Of a stretch of DNA of 64,000 nt, positions 1 to 8,607 are shown piece after piece. The stretch comes from an uncultured Acidobacteriota bacterium (GTDB lineage Bacteria; Acidobacteriota; Vicinamibacteria; Marinacidobacterales; SMYC01), in NCBI GenBank assembly GCA_963716925.1, contig CAVQUX010000015.1, positions 426,964 to 490,963 on the forward strand, written 5' to 3'. Each line of letters begins with the position of its first letter. Positions within the stretch are counted from its first letter, which is position 1. The position numbers were made by a program, and so were the translations under genes. The notes under the pieces are model-generated. The model saw only the letters and a list, made by a program, of their open reading frames with translations, was not told the origin of the DNA and ran no database searches.

Positions 1-8
1 GTGCGACG

Positions 9-512
9 ATGGCGAAGAAGCGATCGAAACCGACCGAGAAGGGGGCCGCGGAGCCGGAGGCCAGCCGGCCCCACGTGCCCGGGTATGGAATTCCGAAGAC
101 CGCGAAAGGGATGCTCCCCTGGTCGCACGCGGACGAAAGACTCGCTCGTTCCCTTCACTACTGGGTGGCCACGACCTCCAGAGACGGTCGTCCCCATACG
201 GTCCCGGTGTGGGGCGTCTGGGTGGACGGCGCCGTCTGTTTCGGAGGCGGGCCGGATACCCGCTGGTCGCGGAACCTGAAGGCCAACCCCAAGGTCGCCG
301 TGCACCTCGAGAAGGGCGACGACGTGGTGATTCTCGAAGGCGATGTCGACCGGGTCGAAGAGTCCGATGGCCCTCTGGTCGCCCGGGTCCAGGACGCGTA
401 CAAAGCCAAGTACGGGATGCCTCACCCGCCGCCGTTCTGGGTGCTTCGTCCCAGGGTCGCCTTCGTCTGGGACAAGGACCTCCGTTCGGCGACGCGCTTC
501 CGGTTCCCTTAG
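9..512 (+). CDS. Pyridoxamine 5'-phosphate oxidase-like (split-barrel flavin/F420-binding) protein
   Basis: YWVATTSRDGRPHTVPVW and RNLKANPKVAVHLE match PNPOx-like family motifs. Confidence 0.85.
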   Translation: MAKKRSKPTEKGAAEPEASRPHVPGYGIPKTAKGMLPWSHADERLARSLHYWVATTSRDGRPHTVPVWGVWVDGAVCFGGGPDTRWSRNLKANPKVAVHLEKGDDVVILEGDVDRVEESDGPLVARVQDAYKAKYGMPHPPPFWVLRPRVAFVWDKDLRSATRFRFP

Positions 513-533
513 AGCGGGATTCAACGATACGAA

Positions 534-564
534 CGCAAAGGCGCGAAGGCGCGAAGGCGCAAAG
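534..564 (+). repeat. Intergenic 8-bp tandem repeat (CGC[A/G]AAGG)x~4
   Basis: cgcaaagg-cgcgaagg-cgcgaagg-cgcaaag read directly. Confidence 0.8.
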
Positions 565-629
565 AAGCAAATAAGAAACTTCCTCGTGGAATCCTCCTTA
601 CTTCGATTCTGGTAGACTCGGCGCGGTCC

Positions 630-2711
630 ATGGTCCCCGCACCGCTTCTTCCCGTGCTCGCGCTCCTTTCGGTTCTGCAGCGGGAGAGCCTCCCGCCGAT
701 CGCGGCCGGTCCCGCGGATCCGGTGTTCACGACCTACGCCGCGCCGCTCTCCCGGTCCCGGTATCTCGTCGATGAAGCCTGGCACCTCCGCTTCCATGAT
801 TCGGGGAAGCCCCTCGCGCTCACGTCCGACAGCGCCGGAGAGTGGGGGATCGGCTTCGAGCTCGACGGCGTCGTCGTGTACCAAACGGGGGACTATGCGC
901 GGCTTCCCGAGATCCGCCAGTCCTTCGCGTCTTTCGCCCGGTTCACGTTCGAGCCTTTCCACCAGGTGGCCGTGGATGCGGCGTTCGCCGTCTACGGCTC
1001 CCGTGAATCTCTTCTCGCCCTCGCGCTCACCAACGGGAGCGATCGGCCGAAGAAGCTTCGGGTCTTCGCGTTCGCGCTCTCCTCGGGAGCCCGCTTCTCG
1101 AGCGCGTCTCTCACGGAGGCGCGAGACGGTGTCTTCTTCGGGCACCAGGAGCCGCCGGACGCCATATCCGAATCCCCGCCTCCCGAATACGACGGCGTCC
1201 TTCAGGACCTGATTCTCACGGATACGAAGGCCTACTCCTTCGGAGGCTATCCGGGCGGCGAAGGCGCCATGCTGCACGAGCTCGGCCGGGGCCTCGAGAG
1301 CGGCGATTTCTCTTCGACCGCGAGCGCGCTCCTCCTCGTCGCCGAGGTGTCCCTTTCTCCGGGAGAGTCGAAGCCGTTCCGCGTGGTGCGCGCGGTGGCC
1401 CCCGCATCCGAGAGCCGCGATTCCCTGCTCTCGGCGGCGCGTCGCGCGCTCTCGGTCGCGACCGAGGATCTCGAACGGGAGGAGGCGAAGCTCTTCGCGA
1501 AAGCTCCACGACTCGCGCTCGATGCGAGAAAGGAGCTCATCTACCGGGGGGCTCTCTCTCTCGCCCGACAGTCGATGCTCCCTCCCGAGGGCCGCACCCT
1601 TTTCAACTACTACGTCTTCTCCCGCGAGCCCACCTGGAGCTGGGGGCATGACGGCCAGGTGTTCCACGAGAGCCTCTCGATGCTCGCTTACGCTCACCTC
1701 GATCCCGCGAGCGCCATGGATTCGCAGAGGATCTTCCTCGAGGCCCAGGAGCCGGACGGCTACATTCCGTACCGCATCGGCCCCTACGTGGTGCGCACTT
1801 TTCCCGTCGACGGAGAGAAGACGACCTCGGCGCCCTTTTACTCCTGGGTCAACTGGGAGGTCTATCGCATCGCGGAGGACCGCGTAGAGGCCAAAGCGTT
1901 CCTGGAGGACGCTTATCGCTCGGGCGCGGCCTTCACCGAGTTCCTTCTCGCGAACCGCGACCGCGACCGGGACGGTCTCCTCGAATGGGGAGGCCACGCG
2001 GTCCTGGAGTCGGTACGCGACTCCCTCGTCCCCATCTGGGATCTGCTGGGGGAGAACGACCCGAAAGCGCCGTCGCTCGTCGAGGCTCTGGATTTGAGCG
2101 TCATGGTCGTCCAGGAGATGCGCTCGCTCGGGGAGATGGCAGCGGAGCTGGGTCGCAAGGACGAGAGCGCCGCCTGGAGCCGGCGGGGGGACGATCTGGC
2201 GCGCCGGGTCGAAGAAACGATGTGGGACGAGTCGACGGGGTTCTACTACAACGTCGATCGCGACACCAACGCCTTCGTCACGCGAGGCGGGCTCGACCTG
2301 CGGCGCCAGGAGATCATCGGGTTTCTCCCCCTGTGGGCCGGAGTGGCGAGCCCGGAGAGAGCGAAGGCGCTTCTGGCGAAGCTCACCGATCCGGCCAAGT
2401 TCTGGCGGCGCTTCGGGGTCCCGACGCTCGCGGCCGACGACCCCGGCTACGAGCCCCAGATTCGAAGGTGCTGCCAGTGGAACGGCGCGGTGTGGCTCGA
2501 ATGGAACTACCTGGTGTTCTCCGGGCTTCGCCGATACGGCTACGAGGAGATCGCGAGGGAGCTCGGCGAGCGCATGGTGAATGCGGCGGCGGCTCAGCTT
2601 TCGCGAAACCACCGCTTCTGGGAATCCTACAGTCCCGACGAGGTCAAGCTCGCCTCGCCTCAGAGCTACATCTGGGACTCCATCCTGGCGAGAGTCCTCA
2701 TCGATCTCTAA
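630..2711 (+). CDS. Secreted (alpha/alpha)6-barrel glycoside hydrolase (GH63/MGH1-trehalase-like)
   Basis: Signal peptide; NRDRDRDGLLEW, MWDESTGFYY, WNGAVW and FWESYSP motifs. Confidence 0.8.
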   Translation: MVPAPLLPVLALLSVLQRESLPPIAAGPADPVFTTYAAPLSRSRYLVDEAWHLRFHDSGKPLALTSDSAGEWGIGFELDGVVVYQTGDYARLPEIRQSFASFARFTFEPFHQVAVDAAFAVYGSRESLLALALTNGSDRPKKLRVFAFALSSGARFSSASLTEARDGVFFGHQEPPDAISESPPPEYDGVLQDLILTDTKAYSFGGYPGGEGAMLHELGRGLESGDFSSTASALLLVAEVSLSPGESKPFRVVRAVAPASESRDSLLSAARRALSVATEDLEREEAKLFAKAPRLALDARKELIYRGALSLARQSMLPPEGRTLFNYYVFSREPTWSWGHDGQVFHESLSMLAYAHLDPASAMDSQRIFLEAQEPDGYIPYRIGPYVVRTFPVDGEKTTSAPFYSWVNWEVYRIAEDRVEAKAFLEDAYRSGAAFTEFLLANRDRDRDGLLEWGGHAVLESVRDSLVPIWDLLGENDPKAPSLVEALDLSVMVVQEMRSLGEMAAELGRKDESAAWSRRGDDLARRVEETMWDESTGFYYNVDRDTNAFVTRGGLDLRRQEIIGFLPLWAGVASPERAKALLAKLTDPAKFWRRFGVPTLAADDPGYEPQIRRCCQWNGAVWLEWNYLVFSGLRRYGYEEIARELGERMVNAAAAQLSRNHRFWESYSPDEVKLASPQSYIWDSILARVLIDL

Positions 2712-2714
2712 CCC

Positions 2715-5165
2715 ATGAACGCGCTGGCCCTGGTTCTCCTCGCCGCGGCCACCGTGCCTCGGTTCGAACGGCCGGCGAGCCCGATCGTTCTCGAAGGTCC
2801 GGCTCGGCCCGCGGCCTATCTCGAAGCCTCGGGAAGGCGCGCCGCGTTCCTCGGCCGGGAAGACGGAAGCTTCGAGGCCTGGGTCTATCCGATGAAGATC
2901 CTTCGCGGCTTCGAGCTCGCGTTCGAGATCGAGGACTATGCCTCCCCGATTCCCGGATCGAGCCTCGCGTCCCGCGTGGATGTCCGGCCCGAAGCCTCGA
3001 CGATCCGGTACGCCCACTCGTCGTTTACCGCCGACGCCACGTGGCTCGTCCCTCTCGAGGAGTCGGGCGGTCTGGTGCTGCTCGACGTCGACACCTCCGG
3101 GCCGCTCACGATCGAAGCCCGGTTCAGAACCGAGATGAGGCTCATGTGGCCTGCGGGCCTCGGCGGTCAATACAGCTACTGGGACCGGGAGCTCCGCGCC
3201 TACGTCATCACCGAGAGCACGCGCCGCCATGCCGCGATCGTGGGGTCGCCGCTGGCGTCCGATCCCCCCGAGCAGCCGGCGCACAACCTTCCCGACGCCC
3301 CCACCGCGATGAAGATCCCGATCTCGATCGAGACCGCGGCCTCGGGACTGGTGCCGATCGCGATCGCCGCGAGCGACGAGGGTCTCGACGGAGCCCGCGC
3401 GACGTACCGGCGTCTTCTCGAAGAGACCGAATCGCTCTACCGGGCCACGGCCGCCCACTACCTCCGTCTGAACGAGGAAATGACTCGCATCGACTCCCCG
3501 GACGACGATCTCGATCTCGCGCTCGAGTGGGGCAAGGTCGCACTCGACAAAGGGTTCGTCTGCAATCCGCGGCTCGGCTGCGGCCTCGTCGCCGGGCTCG
3601 GACCCTCGGGCCGGTCGGAGAGACCCGGGTTCGGCTGGTTCTTCGGGGGCGACGCCTTCATCAACGGCTGGGCGATGACCGCCTATGGGGATTTCGAGAC
3701 CGTGCGCGAGAGCCTGCGCTTTCTCGAGAAGCGCCAGCGCGCCGACGGCAAGATGATGCACGAGCTCTCCCAGGGAGCGGACTACATCCCCTGGTTCGAA
3801 AAGTACCCCTATGGCTACTACCACGCGGATACGACGCCGCTCTACGTCCTCGCGGTCTCGGACTTCGTTCGCGAGAGCTCCGACCTCGATTTCGCCCGCG
3901 AGATCTGGCCCTCGATCCGGAAGGCCTACGAGTACTGCGCCTCGACGGACGAGGACGGAGATGGTCTCATGGACAACACGCGGGCGGGCCTGGGTGCGGT
4001 CGAGACCGGAACGCTGCGATCGACGGACGTCCTGACCGACGTGTATCTCGCCGCGGCCTGGACCGCGGCGACCCGGGGCGCCTCCGAGATGGCGAGTGCT
4101 CTCGGCGAGCGCGACTTCTCGACCCAGGCGAGCGCGGCGCACGGCAGGGCCCTCGCCTCGCTGAACGGGCGCTTTCTCGACGACGCGGATCCCGGGATCG
4201 CCTTCGCGCTCTTGAAGAGCGGAACAGCGCAGCCGGAAGTGACGACCTGGCCCGCATTCGGTCTCTGGCGCGGTCTCTTCGAGCAGGGGCGGCCCGCCGT
4301 CGCGGCGGCGCTCGACGCCCTCGGCGGAAGCGGCCTCGGCGCCGACTGGGGCGCGCGCATGCTCTCGAACGAGAGCGCTCTCTACGATCACGAGAGCTAC
4401 AACAACGGCGCCGTATGGCCGTTTCTCAGCGGCTTCGCGGCCCTCGCGCTCTACGAGAACGAGCGCCCCCATGCGGCCTGGTTCTACATCGAGGGCGCGA
4501 AGTCGCTCGCGTTTCTCGAGGCGCGCGGCTACGTTCCCGAGCTCCTGTCCGGCGATCGTCTGAAGCCCGTCGATGCCGCCGTACCCCACCAGCTCTTCTC
4601 GACCTCGGGCTTCGTCTCGCCCCTTCTTCGAGGGCTCGTCGGGATCGCGCCCGGGAGGCTCAGCCCGCGCATCCCCCCGGGTTGGGATCGACTTCGGGTG
4701 GAGAATCTGCGCCAGGGGGGTGTCTACGATATCGATTGGTCCCGTCGCCGTTCGGGCAAAGAGACGATCGAGACATTTCGGCTCACTCCCCGGGCGGGGA
4801 GCGCTCTTCCCGACCTCGTCGTCGAAAGGAGGCTCCCGCTGGGAGCGAAGCTGCTCGGCGGGGGAGCGCCGTCCTTTCGGCCGAAGCCCGGACGGGAAGC
4901 TCAGACTCTTACGCTTCGCTACCGCGGCGGAATCGAGGTCGTGCCGCTGCACGAGCCCCTCCGTTCCGGCGAACGGTCCTCCCGCCTCCGCATCCTCGAC
5001 GAACGGCTCGAGGGCAGGACGTACGTCGCCCGGCTCGAAGGAAGAAGAGGACGGACCTATCGCCTGCGGGTTTTCGACGGGGCGCCGAGAGTCCTCGAGG
5101 TCTCGATTCCCGCGGGTCCGGGTGAATGGGGACCTCACGAGCTGCGGCTCACCGTCGAGGAGTAG
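2715..5165 (+). CDS. Secreted amylo-alpha-1,6-glucosidase / glycogen-debranching-like glycoside hydrolase
   Basis: Signal peptide; GFGWFFGGDA, HADTTPLY, DEDGDGL, SYNNGAVWPF and PELLSG motifs; 3 bp after the upstream GH. Confidence 0.8.
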   Translation: MNALALVLLAAATVPRFERPASPIVLEGPARPAAYLEASGRRAAFLGREDGSFEAWVYPMKILRGFELAFEIEDYASPIPGSSLASRVDVRPEASTIRYAHSSFTADATWLVPLEESGGLVLLDVDTSGPLTIEARFRTEMRLMWPAGLGGQYSYWDRELRAYVITESTRRHAAIVGSPLASDPPEQPAHNLPDAPTAMKIPISIETAASGLVPIAIAASDEGLDGARATYRRLLEETESLYRATAAHYLRLNEEMTRIDSPDDDLDLALEWGKVALDKGFVCNPRLGCGLVAGLGPSGRSERPGFGWFFGGDAFINGWAMTAYGDFETVRESLRFLEKRQRADGKMMHELSQGADYIPWFEKYPYGYYHADTTPLYVLAVSDFVRESSDLDFAREIWPSIRKAYEYCASTDEDGDGLMDNTRAGLGAVETGTLRSTDVLTDVYLAAAWTAATRGASEMASALGERDFSTQASAAHGRALASLNGRFLDDADPGIAFALLKSGTAQPEVTTWPAFGLWRGLFEQGRPAVAAALDALGGSGLGADWGARMLSNESALYDHESYNNGAVWPFLSGFAALALYENERPHAAWFYIEGAKSLAFLEARGYVPELLSGDRLKPVDAAVPHQLFSTSGFVSPLLRGLVGIAPGRLSPRIPPGWDRLRVENLRQGGVYDIDWSRRRSGKETIETFRLTPRAGSALPDLVVERRLPLGAKLLGGGAPSFRPKPGREAQTLTLRYRGGIEVVPLHEPLRSGERSSRLRILDERLEGRTYVARLEGRRGRTYRLRVFDGAPRVLEVSIPAGPGEWGPHELRLTVEE

Positions 5166-5236
5166 TCGCCGCTCCGGCGAAAGTCGGGGTCTCCTCCGGT
5201 TTTCCAAAGGAGGACCGATCGAAGTATGCTTCCGCC

Positions 5237-5749
5237 ATGGCTCGGCAGGTCCGCCGGTTCGGAGCGTTCCAGTTCGACCCGGAGACGGGGGAGCTCTTTC
5301 GGGGCGGCGAGCGCGTCTCGCTCCAGAATCAGCCCGCGCGTGTGCTGGAGCTCCTCACCCGGCGCCCGGGCGAGCTGGTGACGAGGGACGAGCTCCGCGC
5401 CGCGATCTGGGGCGGTGAAACGTACGTGGATTTCGATCGCGGCCTCAATTTCTGCGTGCGTCGGATCCGGATGGCGCTCGGGGACTCGTCCCGCTCGCCT
5501 CTTTACCTTCAGACCCTGCCGCGGCGGGGATATCGATTCCTCGCGCCGGTGACGCCGGGAGGCGTCAAGAGGTCCTCGACGCGGGCGGGTCTCCTCCGGC
5601 TGACCACCGCCGCGTTCGTTCTGGGGCTGGTCGGAGGAGCCGCACTGGCCGAGGACTACGGCCGCTCGAGCGTCCACCGCCGGCTCGTGGACTGGCTCCA
5701 CCACCACATGCTGGTCGCCGGCGAGCGTTGTCCCTGGGCAGGGGGCTGA
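5237..5749 (+). CDS. CadC-like winged-helix (OmpR/PhoB-type) regulator with C-terminal membrane anchor
   Basis: RFGAFQFD...PGELVTRDEL...IW...VDFDRGLN..IRMALGD...TLPRRGYRF, then a hydrophobic segment; ATG 5237 chosen. Confidence 0.88.
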   Translation: MARQVRRFGAFQFDPETGELFRGGERVSLQNQPARVLELLTRRPGELVTRDELRAAIWGGETYVDFDRGLNFCVRRIRMALGDSSRSPLYLQTLPRRGYRFLAPVTPGGVKRSSTRAGLLRLTTAAFVLGLVGGAALAEDYGRSSVHRRLVDWLHHHMLVAGERCPWAGG

Positions 5750-5822
5750 CTCACCCAGAACTCACCTTCGCCTCACCTCCTTCGGGACGGGAACCTCCGT
5801 AGATTCGGTCGGAGGTCAAGCC

Positions 5823-8264
5823 ATGTCCCTCGCTTTTTCGACCCTCGCCCGGGAACTTCGGATGGGGATGAGAGGCCTGATCCGGCGCCCGGCGCTCTTC
5901 CTCCACGGAGCGGTCACGCTCGCCGTCGGTTTCGCCGCGAACATGGCCGTCTTCAGCATCCTCGACTCTCTCCTGCTCCGGCCTTACCCCTTTCCCGGCC
6001 TGGAACGGCTGGTGCTGGTGAGGGAGGTCCGAGCGGGGAGCTCTCAAGAACAGTTGCGGGTCACTCCGGGAGACTTCCTCGACCTGTCGCTGAATATCGG
6101 CTCGTTCGAGAGCGTCGCGGCGTTCCGTTACGCGGAGCTGAACCTCGGCGGAGACGTCGTTCCCGAGAGCGTGCGCGGCTACTACGTGACGCCGAGCCTC
6201 TTCCCCCTCCTCGGCATCGAGGCCCGCGAGGGGCGCGTGTTCACGATGGACGAGGGACCGACCGGAGGGGCGCGCGTGGCGCTCCTCAGCCACGGACTCG
6301 TGGAGCGGCGCTTTTCCGGCAAAGCCGATGTCGTCGGCTCGGAGATCACATTGAACGGGGAGGCCCATACCGTCGTCGGCCTCATGCCCGAGAGCCTCAA
6401 CTATCCTCGTGCGGTGGACGTTTTCGTCCCGCTCGCTCTCGGCGCTGCGGAGCGGGTGGAGCGTGGCGCGCCCTCCCTCCAGGTCCTCGCACGCCTTTCT
6501 CCCGGGGTCGGGCTTCCGGCCGCGGTCTCGGAGCTCGACGCCTTCGGACGAACGCTGGCGGAGAGATACCCCGACTCCCATCGGGAGCGCAGCTTTCGCC
6601 TCCTTCGACTGCGGGAAGAGCAGTATCGCTATACGCTCCCCATGTTCGGCATGCTCCAGATCGCCGGCTTCCTGGCGCTCCTTCTCGCGGCAACCAACGT
6701 GAGCAACCTGGTTCTCGTCTGGCGCATGGGGCGAAGCCGGGAGCTCGCCGTTCGCGCCGCCCTCGGCGCCGGCCGCGGACGGCTCTGGCTGCAGTCGCTC
6801 GTCGAGTGCCTGGCTCTGAATGTAGCCGGGCTGCTCGCGGCCCTTCCCCTCGCCTTCTGGGCCGTGGAGCTGGTGCGAAACGCCATGCCGCAAGGGATCG
6901 CGACCTGGGTCTCGGGCTGGAGGGAGATCCGTCTCGGGGGGAACGCCGTCGTCCTCGGTATCGCGACCGCGGCTCTCGTGGCCGCGATCCTGAGCTTATC
7001 GGGAGCGGGACGCGTCGGCTCGATCTCGTCCGTCGCGTCCCTCCAGGGCGGGGTCCGCGGCACCGCGGGGCGGCGCAGCGCACGGCTCCGAGAGGCTCTC
7101 ACGGGGGCTCAGATTGCGCTCGCGTTCTTGCTTCTGTCGAGTGCGGTCTGGATGATCCGCGGATTCGGGGAGCAGGTGCGCGTGTTCGAACGGCTGGAGC
7201 CTCGCGGTGTCCTGACGGCTCGCGTAGCCCTCTCCCGGGAGCGCTTTCCCGAGGAGCGCGACCTCCAGAGATATTTCACCGCTGCCCTCGACGCGTTCGC
7301 CGAGATCCCCGGAGTCCAGGGCGTGGCGGCGGCGGCCAACCTCCCGGCGAGCAACGTCCCCAACGAGGAGGTCTTCTTCGAGATCGATGATCGAAAGCCG
7401 GCGACCGCGGCGGAGGTCCCGCGCTGTGACCTGCAGACGGTTGCGGGCGAGTTCTTCGACGTCTTTCGCGTAGAGGTCCAACGAGGCCGGGCCCTGCTCT
7501 CCTCCGACGATCGGGAGGCGGCGCCGGTCGCGGTAGTGAGCGAAAGCTGGGCCCGCCGGTATCTCGGGGGCGAGGAGACGCTCGGCCGTCGCGTGCGCTT
7601 CGGAACGCGCGAAGCCGAAGGTCCGTGGTGGACCCTCGTGGGCGTCGTCTCCGACGTCAAACAGAACTGGTTCGACCCGGAGCCGCGGCCCCTCATCTAC
7701 GTCTCGCACCTCCAGAACGCGAGGAATCGCATGAGCCTCGCCCTTCGGGGGACTGTCGACGGCTACGCCCTCGCAGAGGCAGTGCAGCGAAAGCTCGCAG
7801 AGATCGATCCCGGGCAGGCGCTCGCGGAGCCGAGGACGCTGGAAGACGAGATCGCGGACTCCCTGGCTCCGCTTCGCATCATCGGCATGCTGCTTCTGGT
7901 CTTCGCCCTGGTCGCTCTCCTTCTCGCCGTGACCGGAGTCTACGGAGTGGTGGCAACGTCCGTCGCCGAACGAACGCGCGAGCTCGGATTGAGGATGGCG
8001 CTCGGGGCGAGGCCTCGGGAGGCTCGCCGGGAGGTTTTGAGAGGGACTCTCCGTCTCGCCGTCGTCGCCGTGGGAGTGGCTCTCCCGGTCACCTTCGGAG
8101 TGAACGTCCTTCTCGCAGGGCAACTATTCGGCGTCGTGGTGGTGAGCCCCGTGACTCTGGCGCTGACGAGTGCGCTTCTGATCGCCGTCGCCGCGTTCTC
8201 CGCGTCGGTCCCGGCACGGGCGGCGACAAGGCTCGACCCCGTTCGCGCCCTTCGCTGGGAGTAG
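5823..8264 (+). CDS. ADOP-type duplicated ABC permease (MacB/FtsX)
   Basis: RSRELAVRAALGAGR and RTRELGLRMALGA repeats; C-terminal PARAATRLDPVRALR. Confidence 0.92.
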   Translation: MSLAFSTLARELRMGMRGLIRRPALFLHGAVTLAVGFAANMAVFSILDSLLLRPYPFPGLERLVLVREVRAGSSQEQLRVTPGDFLDLSLNIGSFESVAAFRYAELNLGGDVVPESVRGYYVTPSLFPLLGIEAREGRVFTMDEGPTGGARVALLSHGLVERRFSGKADVVGSEITLNGEAHTVVGLMPESLNYPRAVDVFVPLALGAAERVERGAPSLQVLARLSPGVGLPAAVSELDAFGRTLAERYPDSHRERSFRLLRLREEQYRYTLPMFGMLQIAGFLALLLAATNVSNLVLVWRMGRSRELAVRAALGAGRGRLWLQSLVECLALNVAGLLAALPLAFWAVELVRNAMPQGIATWVSGWREIRLGGNAVVLGIATAALVAAILSLSGAGRVGSISSVASLQGGVRGTAGRRSARLREALTGAQIALAFLLLSSAVWMIRGFGEQVRVFERLEPRGVLTARVALSRERFPEERDLQRYFTAALDAFAEIPGVQGVAAAANLPASNVPNEEVFFEIDDRKPATAAEVPRCDLQTVAGEFFDVFRVEVQRGRALLSSDDREAAPVAVVSESWARRYLGGEETLGRRVRFGTREAEGPWWTLVGVVSDVKQNWFDPEPRPLIYVSHLQNARNRMSLALRGTVDGYALAEAVQRKLAEIDPGQALAEPRTLEDEIADSLAPLRIIGMLLLVFALVALLLAVTGVYGVVATSVAERTRELGLRMALGARPREARREVLRGTLRLAVVAVGVALPVTFGVNVLLAGQLFGVVVVSPVTLALTSALLIAVAAFSASVPARAATRLDPVRALRWE

Positions 8265-8267
8265 CCG

Positions 8268-8492
8268 CTTCACGAGGCGGCTGGGCGCCCGCGTCGCCGC
8301 CGAGCGGCTCTCGGCCGAAAACTGACGGGTCTGGGGCTGGACCCCGGCTGCGCCGTCGACGGTCACTTCACGAACTCGTTTCGCCGCGAGGGGGGCATGC
8401 CACCGTCGCGGTTCAGAGCCCTCCTGGGCCGCGTCAAGCCCGCGCAAGATCCTTCGAGCCGAGCCTGGCCCAGGTTCCGTCGCCTACCTTGA
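8268..8492 (+). pseudogene. Decayed remnant of an AraC-family HTH C-terminus
   Basis: From 8322 reads LTGLGLDPGCAVDGHFTNSFRREGGMPPSRFR, resembling the AraC second-HTH signature; no start codon or N-terminal domain. Confidence 0.55.
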
Positions 8493-8607
8493 GGTAGCCG
8501 AGCCCGAGCCTCTCGTTGCCTCGAAACGTCCCGGCCGGTAGGATTGTGCCCGCCTTCGAAGGGAGCGAAGCAGAAGACTTCACAACTCGAAGAGCAGCGA
8601 CTGCAAC

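Noticed and set aside
1985-5125. 1046-aa ORF and similar long ORFs (12537-15977, 13735-16077, 21554-23605, 31750-33933, 34789-36702)
   Set aside because: Arg/Pro/Gly-rich shadow or antisense frames of motif-bearing genes, expected at high GC
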